IMG/VR virus record: IMGVR_UViG_3300045926_000283
Span: 6,497 to 70,496 of that record
Direction: 5' to 3' (one strand)
Length of the DNA: 64,000 nt
DNA from: a virus
Part shown: piece after piece, positions 54,655 to 64,000 of the stretch
Layout: the number at the start of each line of letters is the position of its first letter
Numbering within the stretch: the stretch's first letter is position 1
Made by a program: the position numbers and the translations under genes
Notes under the pieces: generated by a model
The model's database searches: none
What the model saw: the letters and a program-made list of their open reading frames with translations, nothing else
What the model was told of the DNA's origin: nothing

Positions 54655-57372
54655 ATGGCGCAGGATCCTGCCGTCCCGTCGCCCGCCGCGTCACCGGCCG
54701 CGCCGCCGGCCCAGCCGCCGAAGACCTACCGCGACTACGTGCGCGAGCAGGCGCTGAAGTGGAAGGTCCCCGAGGAGCTGGCGTTCGAGATCGTCGATCG
54801 TGAATCGAAGGGCATTCACGATCCTGGCGACGGCATCACGACCTCCACGCAAGGAGCGCAGGGCTTCTTTCAGCTGCTGCCGTCCACCGCCTACGGCGAG
54901 TTCGGGCTCGATCCGACCAAGCCGCGGCAGAACATCGAAGCCGGCATCCGCTACCTGCGCCAGGGCCTGGAGCGCAACAACTTCGATTCGCGCCTGGCAG
55001 CGGAGTACTACCACGGCGGGCCGGACGTCAAACAGCATGGGCCGAAGACGCGCGCCTACGGCGAGGCGATCGTCACCGGCGTCCGGTCGCGGCTGGACGC
55101 GCGGAAGAAGGGGCAAGCCTTCCCGACCGTCCGCGTCGACGTGCAGCAGGCTGGGCCGACCTTCCCCGCCGCGGGCACCGCGCGCACACCCTCCATCCGT
55201 CGCGGCGGCTCGCCAGAATCCACCTACCTCTCCGAGAAGCTCGCCCAGGAGCGTCCGCGCCGCAGCGACTTCAGCTGGGGTGGCACGCCGCCGACGATGG
55301 GCAGTCCGGAGGACGGCCACACCCTCTCCACCGTCGGGACGCCTCCGCCGCCACCCAGCCCGCGGCAGTTCGAGGACATCGGAGCCGCGTTCCAGATCTC
55401 CAAGCCGACGCTCATCGGCGGCGGCGCGGGGGTCGGGGCCTACTACGGCGGGCAGATGGGGCTCCCTGCAGGACCGCTCGGGGCGGCGCTCGGCACGACG
55501 TCTGGTGCCATCGTCGGCGGCACCGCCGGCTACGTGACCGACCAGCTCGCGCAGGAAGCGGCGCGGCAGATGAACTATCTCGGCCAACCGCCCTCGCGGC
55601 CGACCGGCTACGAACTCGCGGCCGACGCCGCCGAAGCCGGGCGGTCGGGCGCGTACGCCGAAGCGGGTGGCCAGGTCGGCGGCGCGATCATCAACAAGGC
55701 TCTCGCCCCGTTTGCGAGCAAGCTCGCCCCGCACGCGCAAGCGGCGATGGCGCGCTTCCGCGGCTCCAAGGGCGAGCCGCTGACGCTCCCTGGCGAAGTC
55801 TCTGACTCGTGGTTCCTCAACTTCCTGCAGAACGTCTCGGACTACAGCCTGCTCGGCAAGGGGCCGGGGCAGGCCCTGCGCGCGCAGCGGCAGCGGGAAG
55901 CGGAGCGACAGGTGCTCGACACGCTCGGCGATCTCGATCTGCCGATCATGAAAGACGCCGAGCGGGGCGCCGGGGTCATCGCCGACCACACCACCGCCGT
56001 CAAAGCCTTCCGCGTCGCGGAGAAGGCGCGGTGGCAAGGGACGCCCGAGCAGCCCGGCTTCAACCGACTCGCGCGGGAGATCCCGGCCGAGACACCGACG
56101 CTCGACGACTACGCCCAGGCGTTGCTCGGCGAGAAGACGGTCGTGCCGAACCTTGGGCAGCGACTCGCGCTCGCCGTCGCGCGCCGCACCGCGCCGGTCG
56201 GGGAGCTGGGCGACACCGCGGCGGACGAAGCGATCAAGGCGCTGAGCGGCTCGACGGCCGGTCCCCCGCCCGCATCCTTCCAGGAGGCGATTCAGCAAGC
56301 GATCGCCGACCCCGCCCAGCGGACACCGCTCACCGCCTACGACCTACGCCACATCGTCTCCAGCCTCGGACGTCAGGTGCGGAATCTGCAGCGGGCGGAG
56401 AAGCTGCCGAACGCCAGCGCAGACGCTACCTACCAGCGGTCCCAGGTCGAACAGCTCTGGCAGCGCGCGAAGGCCGATCTCGAAGACGCGCTCTTCCGCA
56501 CCTCTCCGCAGGCGCATCGGCTGTACCTCGAAGGCGTCGAGTTCTCGAAGGGCGGGAACGCGCAGCTCCTGAATAAGTACGTCAAGGAGGTGGTCCGATC
56601 GCGGCCCGAGGAAGTCTTCACGAAGATGTGGGGGAAGCGGCGGTCGACCTTCGTCAACACCGTGCGCGCCGCCGTCGGCGAGGAAGCGTTCCGGCCGATG
56701 CAGGCGCAGGGCATCGAGGAACTGCTGCAGCGCAACGCCAAGACCGGCGAGATCGACTGGCCGGCGGTGCTCAAACGAATGACCGAGATCGGCGACGACA
56801 CGCTCGACGCCTTCTTCCCCGGCGGGCACGCTGAGACGATCCGCGAAACGGCGACCCTGATGCGGGATCTCGGGAAGAAGCGCTGGGGCGACAAGGGCCG
56901 CTATGCGGTCGAGGCGTCGCAGATCGGCGGGGTCGGGGCGATCCTCTACTTCAACGGACATCCGGCGCTCTACGCCGCCATGACCATCCCGACCGTCGCC
57001 GCGCACGTGCTGAGCAGCCGCGCAGGGATCCGCTGGTTGACCACCGGGCTCAAGGCCGGCCCCTTCGCCCAGGCGACGATCAACGCCAACACACGGCTCG
57101 CCGCCCTGCTCGCCGAGGAAGGGATCGAGACCGGCCGCTGGGAGGATCCGGACGATCCCAACAAGGCGCCGCGGCGGGTGCGCGAGATGCCCTCGGTACT
57201 CGGCCAGCCGCCGATGCCCCCGCCGCTCAGTCCGCGCGCACCCGGCGAGCGGGTGGAGCCGCCACCACCAGCCGCACCAAGCCTGTACGATCGGACGATC
57301 GGGCGGGCGGGCGAGGCGATCGCCCCGTCCACGCGGCCGACGCCCTACCGCGATCTCGTCGGCCGCCGCTGA
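54655..57372 (+). CDS. DNA ejection protein with N-terminal lytic transglycosylase (SLT)
   Basis: RES..S.QGAQGFFQLLPSTA..NIEAGIRYL..YHGG. Confidence 0.8.
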   Translation: MAQDPAVPSPAASPAAPPAQPPKTYRDYVREQALKWKVPEELAFEIVDRESKGIHDPGDGITTSTQGAQGFFQLLPSTAYGEFGLDPTKPRQNIEAGIRYLRQGLERNNFDSRLAAEYYHGGPDVKQHGPKTRAYGEAIVTGVRSRLDARKKGQAFPTVRVDVQQAGPTFPAAGTARTPSIRRGGSPESTYLSEKLAQERPRRSDFSWGGTPPTMGSPEDGHTLSTVGTPPPPPSPRQFEDIGAAFQISKPTLIGGGAGVGAYYGGQMGLPAGPLGAALGTTSGAIVGGTAGYVTDQLAQEAARQMNYLGQPPSRPTGYELAADAAEAGRSGAYAEAGGQVGGAIINKALAPFASKLAPHAQAAMARFRGSKGEPLTLPGEVSDSWFLNFLQNVSDYSLLGKGPGQALRAQRQREAERQVLDTLGDLDLPIMKDAERGAGVIADHTTAVKAFRVAEKARWQGTPEQPGFNRLAREIPAETPTLDDYAQALLGEKTVVPNLGQRLALAVARRTAPVGELGDTAADEAIKALSGSTAGPPPASFQEAIQQAIADPAQRTPLTAYDLRHIVSSLGRQVRNLQRAEKLPNASADATYQRSQVEQLWQRAKADLEDALFRTSPQAHRLYLEGVEFSKGGNAQLLNKYVKEVVRSRPEEVFTKMWGKRRSTFVNTVRAAVGEEAFRPMQAQGIEELLQRNAKTGEIDWPAVLKRMTEIGDDTLDAFFPGGHAETIRETATLMRDLGKKRWGDKGRYAVEASQIGGVGAILYFNGHPALYAAMTIPTVAAHVLSSRAGIRWLTTGLKAGPFAQATINANTRLAALLAEEGIETGRWEDPDDPNKAPRRVREMPSVLGQPPMPPPLSPRAPGERVEPPPPAAPSLYDRTIGRAGEAIAPSTRPTPYRDLVGRR

Positions 57373-58029
57373 TCACGCCGGGTAGTACCACAGCGCGTGA
57401 TCGGGTGCGCCTTTGTAGCTCCACGCCGGCTCGGCGTCCGGACTCTCGGTGCTCAGGATGATGTCGTAGATCCCCGGCCCCGTGCTGCCCGCCTGCGCCA
57501 CTAGCTGGATCGCGTCGATCGCGTGGCCCACGCCGCTCGGGCCGACCCACTGGTTCTGGCCTGGGTTCTTCCTGATGTGCCCCCACCACTGCGACTGCTG
57601 CTCGTGCAGCGCGGTGCAGCACGCCTCGGTGTACACCCCGCAGCCTTCCTTCGTCGAGAGATCGTACTCGCCCTGCTCGTAGACGCTCCTGATCAGCGCG
57701 AACGGATCGAGGTTCGGGTCGAGCGGCGGTGGCTCGGGTGGGACCGGCTCCTCCTCGATCTTCTCCAGGTGAACGTCATCGAGCTGGAACCACGCCTCGC
57801 CCTCCGCGTTGGGGACGACGATGCCGCGGTGGGTGATCCCGCGGTAGCCGTCGCAGCCGACCTTGAGCAGCCCGCCCTGCGCCAGCGTCCCGGGCGGCAG
57901 CTGGCAGAGATGCGCGTCGCTCCTTCCGTGGACGGTGCAGGGCGTGCCGGTGATCGTCACGCCGCCGTCGAGGGTCAGCGTCACCGCGCTCGCGGCCGGG
58001 GTCGAGTAGATGTACAGCTCGTTCGCCAT
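57373..58029 (-). CDS. two-domain protein, candidate lysin
   Basis: WGHIRKNPGQNQ..GHAIDAI..YDII..PAW; AAGGAGG RBS. Confidence 0.6.
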   Translation of the reverse strand: MANELYIYSTPAASAVTLTLDGGVTITGTPCTVHGRSDAHLCQLPPGTLAQGGLLKVGCDGYRGITHRGIVVPNAEGEAWFQLDDVHLEKIEEEPVPPEPPPLDPNLDPFALIRSVYEQGEYDLSTKEGCGVYTEACCTALHEQQSQWWGHIRKNPGQNQWVGPSGVGHAIDAIQLVAQAGSTGPGIYDIILSTESPDAEPAWSYKGAPDHALWYYPA

Positions 58030-58041
58030 TCGATGCCTCCT

Positions 58042-61032
58042 TCAGGCGATCACTCTCGCCAGATCTGACCAGTCGTCTTCATCCTCGATCTCCATCGGTT
58101 CCGGTACCCAGTCGTTGTCGTCGTCGGGAATCTCGATCGGCGTCATCGCCTGCCAATCCGGCCCGGCCTTCGCGGCGATGCCGATCCGGACGTATTCCCC
58201 CGGCGCCCACGGCAGCGCCTGCTCGACCACCGGCCGGCGCATCTCTTGGCAGACGATCCGCACCACCCGGTCCCACACCGTGAGCGGGATCTCCAAGAGC
58301 AGCGAGTCGTGGATCGGGGCTCTCAGCGGCGTCTGCCCGAAGTAGCAGTCGCCGATGTAGGAGGGCGCACGCGGGTCGGCGAACAGCCTGAGCATCGCCT
58401 CCTTGAGGATCGCGGCGGCGATCGACTGCGGGAAGAACGCGAGGCAGCGCTTGCCGTCCTCGCCCAGGCTCACCCGGAACGGCTGGCCGTTGATCATCGC
58501 CACCGGAGGAGGCTGCCCGCTCTTCTGCGCGCGCGCCAGCAGTCGGTAGTACTGCGCCTGCGTCAGTCGCCGGTAGGTGAACACCGACCAGAACCAATGC
58601 TTGTAGTGAAACGGGTGCTCGTTCCCGCCGAGATAGTGCTGCCGGCCGGCGCGCTCCTGCGTGGCGTGCTGCCAGCTCGCGACCTTCGGCGCCATCCGCT
58701 CGAAGATCTGCGCGAACTTCTCCGCCTTCTGGAGCGTCGGGAAGAGGTGCGGGAACTGCAACACCATCCCATTCACCGTCAGTCCGTAGCTCCTACCGTG
58801 GACGTAGCGCTTCGCCGGGTCATAGACGTCGTGGTGCTCGGACTTCATCTTCGCGAACAGCTCGCGCAGCTCGGCGTCGCTGGCCTGCGGGTCGTACGGC
58901 TGTCCCAGGACGTGCGTCACCAGCGCGCTGTGTACGCCCAGCTTCGCGAGGCGGTAGTACTCCGGGTCGCCCGCGCACCAGCCGGTCTCGACCGCCTCGA
59001 TCGCCGCGTAGTCGACTTCGAGCAGCCGGCAGCCCGGGCCGGCGACGATGCACTTCCTGAACCCGGCGGCGAGGCCCTCGGGGCCTGATTTATCAGCGAC
59101 GACGTTGGTGATGTTGGGATCGACGTAGCTCAGTCTGAGGGTGCTCGGCTTGAAGGTCGGGACCGGGTGCAGCCGATCCTGATCATCCAGCCGTCGCTCG
59201 CAGCCCTCGACGTAGGTCCCCTTCACCTTGTTCACCGCGCGGTAGTTCAGCACCGCGGCGTAGAAGGGATCGCCGCTCCTGGCTAGTCGTTCGAGGGTCT
59301 CGCGGTTGGTCGACTCTTCGCTCTTGGTCTTCTTCGCCCGCCCGGGTTTATGCCCGCGGTGTTTGATGTAGGCGAGGACCTGCGGAACGCTGTCCGGGTT
59401 GAAGGGCTCGCGCCAGTACCAACGACTGACCGTCGCCACCACCAGAGACAGTCGAGGAGGATCAGGCGCAGGATCTCGATCTCGCTGGTGAGCGCAGCGA
59501 TGCCGTCGTTGAACTTCGAGCGCGCCGCAGCGGTCGCAGCGGAAGACTTCGCGGAGGACGAGCTTCTCGACGATCTCGGCTTTGGCATATAGCTCCTGTT
59601 TGACCTCGGAGGTCGGTTTGCCTTTTCGGACGGTGCCCTTCCTGGTGAACGCGCTCGCCTTCACGTGCAGCACCTCGGCGAGCGGCTTTCGGGTCAACCC
59701 CTGCTTCGGCGTGAGGGGCTGCAGGCTCTCGGGGACCGAGGTCTGGATCTTCGCGAGCTGCTCGCGGGCCTTGTCGACCAGCTCCGCCTTGAAGGTCAGG
59801 AGCCGCTCGCGATCGACCTGCACGCCAATCAGCTGCGCGGGCCGGAGCACCTTGGTCAGCAGGTCGTGCGTGTGCCGCATCGCGATCGGGTACTGCCCCT
59901 CGCGCACCAGGTCGGTGATGATCCCGAAGCCGGCGCGATGCGTCTGCAGCGCGTCGATCGCGCCGTAGCGCGCCGGCTCGCGGTCCGCCAAGTGTTTCCA
60001 CGGGCCGAAGGTGGAGTAGAAGGGAGCCCAGAACCCTAGGCCTCTCGGCAGGTCGCTCTGCAGCACGTGCGCGAGCCACATCAGATCGACGCAGCGCACC
60101 GAGTCGGATTCGAGCAGCAGGTGCGCATGAACCTGCCGGACGAAGTCATACTCCCGGTTCCACATCCAGATGTGGCCGGGCGAGGCGTACAACCTGGCGA
60201 GATGGGAGAGGTACGGTTCGGCGTGCGGGACGGTGACGCCTTCCTCGGTCGAGCAGGCGACGTTGTGCCGCAGCAGCTGGAAGGATCGATCCTCAGTGGT
60301 GATCTCACCTTCGTCCTGCCCGCCCGCTTTGTCCGGGGTCTCGACGTCGGAGGAGATCGGGTACGCGTCTGGGTCCTGCTGGCGTGCGGCGACGACCTGA
60401 TCGACCCACGCGGCGAACCACTCGACCGGCGGATCGACCACCAGCGAACTGTGATCGACCGGTCGTCCGTGATCGCGCGCCTGCTCAGCGCGCTGCAAGT
60501 CCCAGAGGACCGCACCGATCAAGTTGTGCGCGCCACGCTGCAAGTGGCTCGGGTGGTACGTCGGGACCACCCAGAAGCGATCGGTCGGATCTCTGACGAT
60601 GGCGCCGTGCCAGTCCTGGATGCGAACCTTCTTGTGCCCGAGCAGGTGCATCACCCGCTTGAGCGCCGTCGCCCCCAGCGTCACGACGACCTTCGATCGC
60701 CCGTCGAGCGTTTCGTCGACGTACTTGCAGTGGTTGATCGCGCTGAAGAACCACGGGGCACGCTCGTCGAACCAGTCGTTGGGCGGATGACATCGGCAGC
60801 AGTTGTCGAGGCGGTGCGCCTCGCGCGACCAGCCGAGCATGTTGAGCAGCCGCGCGAACATCCCGCCGGCATCGCCGACGAGCGGACGGCCGGTGAGCGC
60901 TTCGACCTTTCCAGCTGATTCGGCGACGAACGCGATGTCAGACCCGAGCGGCCCCTCGCCCGGGACGTAGCCCTCACCCTGTTCGTAGAGCGAACACCCA
61001 ACGCACGCGGGCGGCTTGGTCAGCCTCGCCAT
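58042..61032 (-). CDS. DNA polymerase family A fused to N-terminal family-4 uracil-DNA glycosylase
   Basis: CVGC..GEG..AESAG..GRPLVG.AG..TYHPS; exonuclease DVET; DYAAIE, AKRYVHGRSYG, IHDS. Confidence 0.9.
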   Translation of the reverse strand: MARLTKPPACVGCSLYEQGEGYVPGEGPLGSDIAFVAESAGKVEALTGRPLVGDAGGMFARLLNMLGWSREAHRLDNCCRCHPPNDWFDERAPWFFSAINHCKYVDETLDGRSKVVVTLGATALKRVMHLLGHKKVRIQDWHGAIVRDPTDRFWVVPTYHPSHLQRGAHNLIGAVLWDLQRAEQARDHGRPVDHSSLVVDPPVEWFAAWVDQVVAARQQDPDAYPISSDVETPDKAGGQDEGEITTEDRSFQLLRHNVACSTEEGVTVPHAEPYLSHLARLYASPGHIWMWNREYDFVRQVHAHLLLESDSVRCVDLMWLAHVLQSDLPRGLGFWAPFYSTFGPWKHLADREPARYGAIDALQTHRAGFGIITDLVREGQYPIAMRHTHDLLTKVLRPAQLIGVQVDRERLLTFKAELVDKAREQLAKIQTSVPESLQPLTPKQGLTRKPLAEVLHVKASAFTRKGTVRKGKPTSEVKQELYAKAEIVEKLVLREVFRCDRCGALEVQRRHRCAHQRDRDPAPDPPRLSLVVATVSRWYWREPFNPDSVPQVLAYIKHRGHKPGRAKKTKSEESTNRETLERLARSGDPFYAAVLNYRAVNKVKGTYVEGCERRLDDQDRLHPVPTFKPSTLRLSYVDPNITNVVADKSGPEGLAAGFRKCIVAGPGCRLLEVDYAAIEAVETGWCAGDPEYYRLAKLGVHSALVTHVLGQPYDPQASDAELRELFAKMKSEHHDVYDPAKRYVHGRSYGLTVNGMVLQFPHLFPTLQKAEKFAQIFERMAPKVASWQHATQERAGRQHYLGGNEHPFHYKHWFWSVFTYRRLTQAQYYRLLARAQKSGQPPPVAMINGQPFRVSLGEDGKRCLAFFPQSIAAAILKEAMLRLFADPRAPSYIGDCYFGQTPLRAPIHDSLLLEIPLTVWDRVVRIVCQEMRRPVVEQALPWAPGEYVRIGIAAKAGPDWQAMTPIEIPDDDNDWVPEPMEIEDEDDWSDLARVIA

Positions 61033-61397
61033 CGCCGCCGCCAGTTGGGATGCAGCCGCTGATGCTCTGCAGCGGACAGGAGTTGAAGGTTGTCGGGGTC
61101 GTTGTTGGTGTAGTCGTGATCGCGGTGGTGGACGTGCTCGTTTGTCTGCAACGGTCGTCCGAGGCGGCGGCGCACGATGCCCCGAGCACGTTGGTGACAG
61201 GCTCCCTTCTTCATGCTCTTTGGCGGCTTGCTCATCGAGATCGCCGTGTTGCGGTCGCGAGCGATGTCGCGGACGATCCAGCAGATCGCGCCGTAGGTGC
61301 AGTTGCCGACGAGCGCCGCGATCTTTGAGGTACTGAGCCCCGATCGGTACAGCTCGCGGATCTCCTCACGTCGATCGGTGATACGTGGTTTAGGCAT
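61020..61397 (-). CDS. HTH-HNH endonuclease
   Basis: LGRPL..EHVHHRDHDYTNNDPDNLQLLSAAEH.RLH. Confidence 0.85.
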   Translation of the reverse strand: MPKPRITDRREEIRELYRSGLSTSKIAALVGNCTYGAICWIVRDIARDRNTAISMSKPPKSMKKGACHQRARGIVRRRLGRPLQTNEHVHHRDHDYTNNDPDNLQLLSAAEHQRLHPNWRRRWRG

Positions 61398-61569
61398 ACG
61401 CCTCCTCGGCGAGCGTGTAGATCCGCGTCCCGTCGCACAGCACGATCACCCAGCCGAACAGCCCCGGCTCCTTCAATGGGACAAGCCGCTTGGGATGGTC
61501 AAGGATTCGCTCGCCACACTGCGGGCAGTCATCGTCGACGCCGAGCGGCGGCTGCTGAACCTCAGACAC
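61390..61569 (-). CDS. small Zn-ribbon protein
   Basis: GGAGG then GTG; DDCPQCG..LCDG. Confidence 0.45.
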   Translation of the reverse strand: MSEVQQPPLGVDDDCPQCGERILDHPKRLVPLKEPGLFGWVIVLCDGTRIYTLAEEAYA

Positions 61570-62081
61570 GCGGGCCTCCCTTGGCGGAACACGATCCAGC
61601 AGCAGGTGACGTTGTCGGTTTGTCGCTTGCCGAAGTCGTTCAACCGAAAGCTGTACCGCGGCAGCACGATCACATCGGTCGGCGGATGCGCGGCCCAGAA
61701 GTCCTGCCGCGTGCGCGTCGGTTCGAGGAAGGAGATCCGCGCGAGGAAGGCGACGTTGGCCGAGTGCGCGATCGCGTGCTGCAGGATCGCCAGCTCGTGC
61801 TCGAAGGGCGGGTTGGTGATCGTCCAGTCGAACCAGCGTTCCTGCTGTACCTCGGCATCGACCCACGCCGCTCCCAACGCGGCGTCGAGATGCGTGTCGG
61901 CCGCGCACGCCGGATCGAGATCGTTGGTGAGGAGCTGCTTCGCGTACAGCAGGTGGCGCGCGATGTGCCACTTGCCGACGCACGGCTCGTAGACCGTCCG
62001 TCCGTCGAGCGAGCCGATCAGCTCCAAGAGCGGCTCGACGTAGTGCGGCGGCGTCTCGTACTGATCGATGCGGCGCGGCAT
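61473..62081 (-). CDS. DNA N6-adenine methyltransferase
   Basis: YETP, EPCVG, NDL, TNPPF, LAR.SFLE. Confidence 0.85.
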   Translation of the reverse strand: MPRRIDQYETPPHYVEPLLELIGSLDGRTVYEPCVGKWHIARHLLYAKQLLTNDLDPACAADTHLDAALGAAWVDAEVQQERWFDWTITNPPFEHELAILQHAIAHSANVAFLARISFLEPTRTRQDFWAAHPPTDVIVLPRYSFRLNDFGKRQTDNVTCCWIVFRQGRPACLRFSSRRSASTMTARSVASESLTIPSGLSH

Positions 62082-62350
62082 CAGCGTCTCCACCGCGGCC
62101 GCGGTTTGTAGACCGCCGCCTCGATGTTCTCGATCGCTCTTCTCTGCCCCTCGGTCACCCGGCCGGTCCGCTCGACCGTCGTCTGGATGTCGGTCAGGGT
62201 GCGCTCTGCCCACGCGTATTGGCCCGTGTTGAGGAGATCGTCGATGTCCTGGATGAAGCGGTAGGCGGCGGTGTCGCGTGCGTCCTGGGGCTCAGGAGCG
62301 GGGCTGATCGGGGTCGGGTCGAGCGGGAGATCCTCGGGGCGTTTTCCCAC
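62081..62350 (-). CDS. hypothetical protein
   Basis: GGAGG RBS, GTG start, TGATG coupling. Confidence 0.65.
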   Translation of the reverse strand: MGKRPEDLPLDPTPISPAPEPQDARDTAAYRFIQDIDDLLNTGQYAWAERTLTDIQTTVERTGRVTEGQRRAIENIEAAVYKPRPRWRR

Positions 62351-62385
62351 AGATCACCTCCAGACAGCGGTGTTGCCCGCTGTTG

Positions 62386-62707
62386 CCCGCCGCCCAATCG
62401 CCGCCCAATCGAATCCAATCTGGATCAAAAACCCCGGTTGCCCGGGGGTGACCGGGAGTTGCCCTGGACGCCGGTTAACTACTTGTGGCCGTTGAGGTAA
62501 GGGCTAGGCGGGGGTGGGTGGGGGAACTCGGTGGCAAGGGGGGCACAATCGCCTCCAGCCGACTGAAAATCGTAGTGTCGACAGTTCGATTCTGTCCCTC
62601 GCCACCACCCGCAACCCACTGACCCACCAGCACTTGCCTCACTTCTGCTCCTGACGACGACCGACCGGCTGACCAGTCCCGCCGCCCAATCGCCGCCCAA
62701 TCGAATC
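62386..62707 (+). repeat. 30-bp direct repeats flanking the attP core (arm-type sites)
   Basis: CCCGCCGCCCAATCGCCGCCCAATCGAATC at 62386-62415 and 62678-62707. Confidence 0.75.
62560..62607 (+). other. attP core = 3' half of tRNA-Phe(GAA)
   Basis: CGACTGAAAATCG anticodon arm, GTTCGATT T-loop, ends CCA; 5' half absent; next to the integrase. Confidence 0.85.
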
Positions 62708-62716
62708 AGGTTTGGA

Positions 62717-63997
62717 TCACGCGCCGCCCACGCCGCCGCCCAACGCCCGCTTCATGCCGTTGTCGCCCAGTTCGGCGTCCGACAGCCCGAGGTAGCGCTG
62801 CGTCATCTTCCACGAGCTGTGGCCCAGCCAGAGCGACAGCTTGTTGATGTCCTTCGGGCTCATCGCGTCCCACCAGCGTGAGGCGCACTCGCGTCGGAAG
62901 TCCCGGAAGTGCAGGCCGGTCTCCATCACGGTCGCGACGACCTGCTTCGTCCGGATCTCGTGGGCGCGGATCGCGACCGCCTCCCAGGCGGTCCGGTCCT
63001 CGTAGACCTTGCCGTCGTCGTCGCCGAAGGGATGTCCCTCCGGCCCGAGGAACCGCCGCTTCTTCAGGATCTCGCGCAGCGTCTCCTGCTCGACCCAGAT
63101 CGGGCGTTCCTTCTTGCTCTTCCCCTTCGTCAGCTTGACGATCCACTCCTTGTAGTCGATGTGCTTGTTCTGCACACGGTCCAGTTCGCTGCCCCGCGCA
63201 CCGAGTCCCAGCGCTCCTCGAATCCGCCGTTCGATCGCCGCCCCGGCGAACTTGTGTCGCCAGTTGTTGAACTCCTGGCACGCCTGCAGCAACGCCTGCT
63301 CCTCCCCGTCGTGCAGCCGGCGTCCGCGCGGCTCTTCATCCTCGACGTCGATCGTGACGCCGAACTCGTGGAACGGATCCTTGGTCAGGAGCGGCGGCGT
63401 CTGGTGCTGACACCAGTGCATGAAGTGTCGCTGCCGCTGCAGCACGCGATCGACCGCGACCAACCCACGCGGCTTGCCCCAGCCCTGCTCACGACCGGTG
63501 CCATCGGCGAGGACATCGGCCGTCTCCTGCCGCCGCCGCCGGTGCGCCGGTCGCCAGCCCTTGGTGAAGTCGTCTTTGAACTGCTGCACCAGCGCGACGT
63601 GCTCCAGCTCCACGAGCGGCCGGGTCGCGCCGTAGTAGAGCACCAGATGCCGCATCTCGCTCGTCGCTGATCCGCGCGCGGCCTTGGCGAGCTTCTTCAG
63701 CTCCCACGTCATGTAGTCGCGCATCGCCACCACCAGGGCGTGCGCGTTGGGTGCCGGGGCCGGAGGCGGCACGCGCGGATCGCCGCCATCGCGCCACTCC
63801 TTGGCGATCTCCTCGGTCTCGATCTTCTCGGCTTCGGTCTTCGTCTTCACATGCGGTCGGTTCCCGCGCGCGAGCACGAAGTCGTCGATGTAGACGGAGC
63901 GCCGCACGCCCTTGACCATCAGCCGGCTCTCCCAGCTGTGCTCGCAGCGATGGTCGGCGTAGGGGCAGGTCTTGCCGCAGGCTTTGCGGACGCTCAT
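62717..63997 (-). CDS. int: Tyrosine integrase
   Basis: GARGSEL, K, FRDFRRE, LGHS, TQRYL. Confidence 0.9.
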   Translation of the reverse strand: MSVRKACGKTCPYADHRCEHSWESRLMVKGVRRSVYIDDFVLARGNRPHVKTKTEAEKIETEEIAKEWRDGGDPRVPPPAPAPNAHALVVAMRDYMTWELKKLAKAARGSATSEMRHLVLYYGATRPLVELEHVALVQQFKDDFTKGWRPAHRRRRQETADVLADGTGREQGWGKPRGLVAVDRVLQRQRHFMHWCQHQTPPLLTKDPFHEFGVTIDVEDEEPRGRRLHDGEEQALLQACQEFNNWRHKFAGAAIERRIRGALGLGARGSELDRVQNKHIDYKEWIVKLTKGKSKKERPIWVEQETLREILKKRRFLGPEGHPFGDDDGKVYEDRTAWEAVAIRAHEIRTKQVVATVMETGLHFRDFRRECASRWWDAMSPKDINKLSLWLGHSSWKMTQRYLGLSDAELGDNGMKRALGGGVGGA

Positions 63998-64000
63998 CGG

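Larger units (their letters stand above)
1..64000. mobile_element. Temperate tailed bacteriophage genome (near complete, free/excised form)
   Basis: Terminase, portal, capsid, ejection proteins, DNA polymerase, integrase and attP are present; no host housekeeping genes seen. Confidence 0.95.

Noticed and set aside
19991-57006. Long antisense ORFs (e.g. 21167-23065, 27878-30346, 42451-44151, 54691-56298)
   Set aside because: Shadow frames of high-GC genes with no motifs or RBS
62540-62607. Complete tRNA-Phe gene
   Set aside because: The 5' acceptor strand and D-arm are missing; interpreted as the attP core

Overview
The window is almost a whole genome of a GC-rich temperate tailed phage, with podovirus-like organisation and ejection proteins rather than a tape measure. 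It appears to be in the free or excised form, because an intact attP (3' half of tRNA-Phe flanked by 30-bp arm repeats) has phage genes on both sides. Layout: (1) 1-8.4 kb holds recombination genes (Sak4-like ATPase, PD-(D/E)XK nuclease), a Cro/CI-like switch, a RecA-family helicase and an iteron-like origin. (2) 8.5-17.2 kb is a leftward array of about 25 small early genes with polypurine leaders and a repeated structured RNA element, fed by a sigma54-type promoter through an approximately 560-nt structured leader. (3) 18.1-57.4 kb is the rightward packaging, head, tail and ejection operon, with three HNH insertions. (4) 57.4-64 kb is leftward and encodes a candidate lysin, a UDG-DNA polymerase A fusion, an HNH, an adenine methyltransferase, attP and a tyrosine integrase. 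The most novel-looking signals are the sigma54 promoter with its long leader RNA and the repeated RNA switch in the early region, a dispersed 17-bp operator family, a C-terminal CP..(F/L)xIDxD motif shared by three tail proteins, and HNH insertions that recode their host gene ends. All assignments come from reading motifs by eye; no database searches were run.
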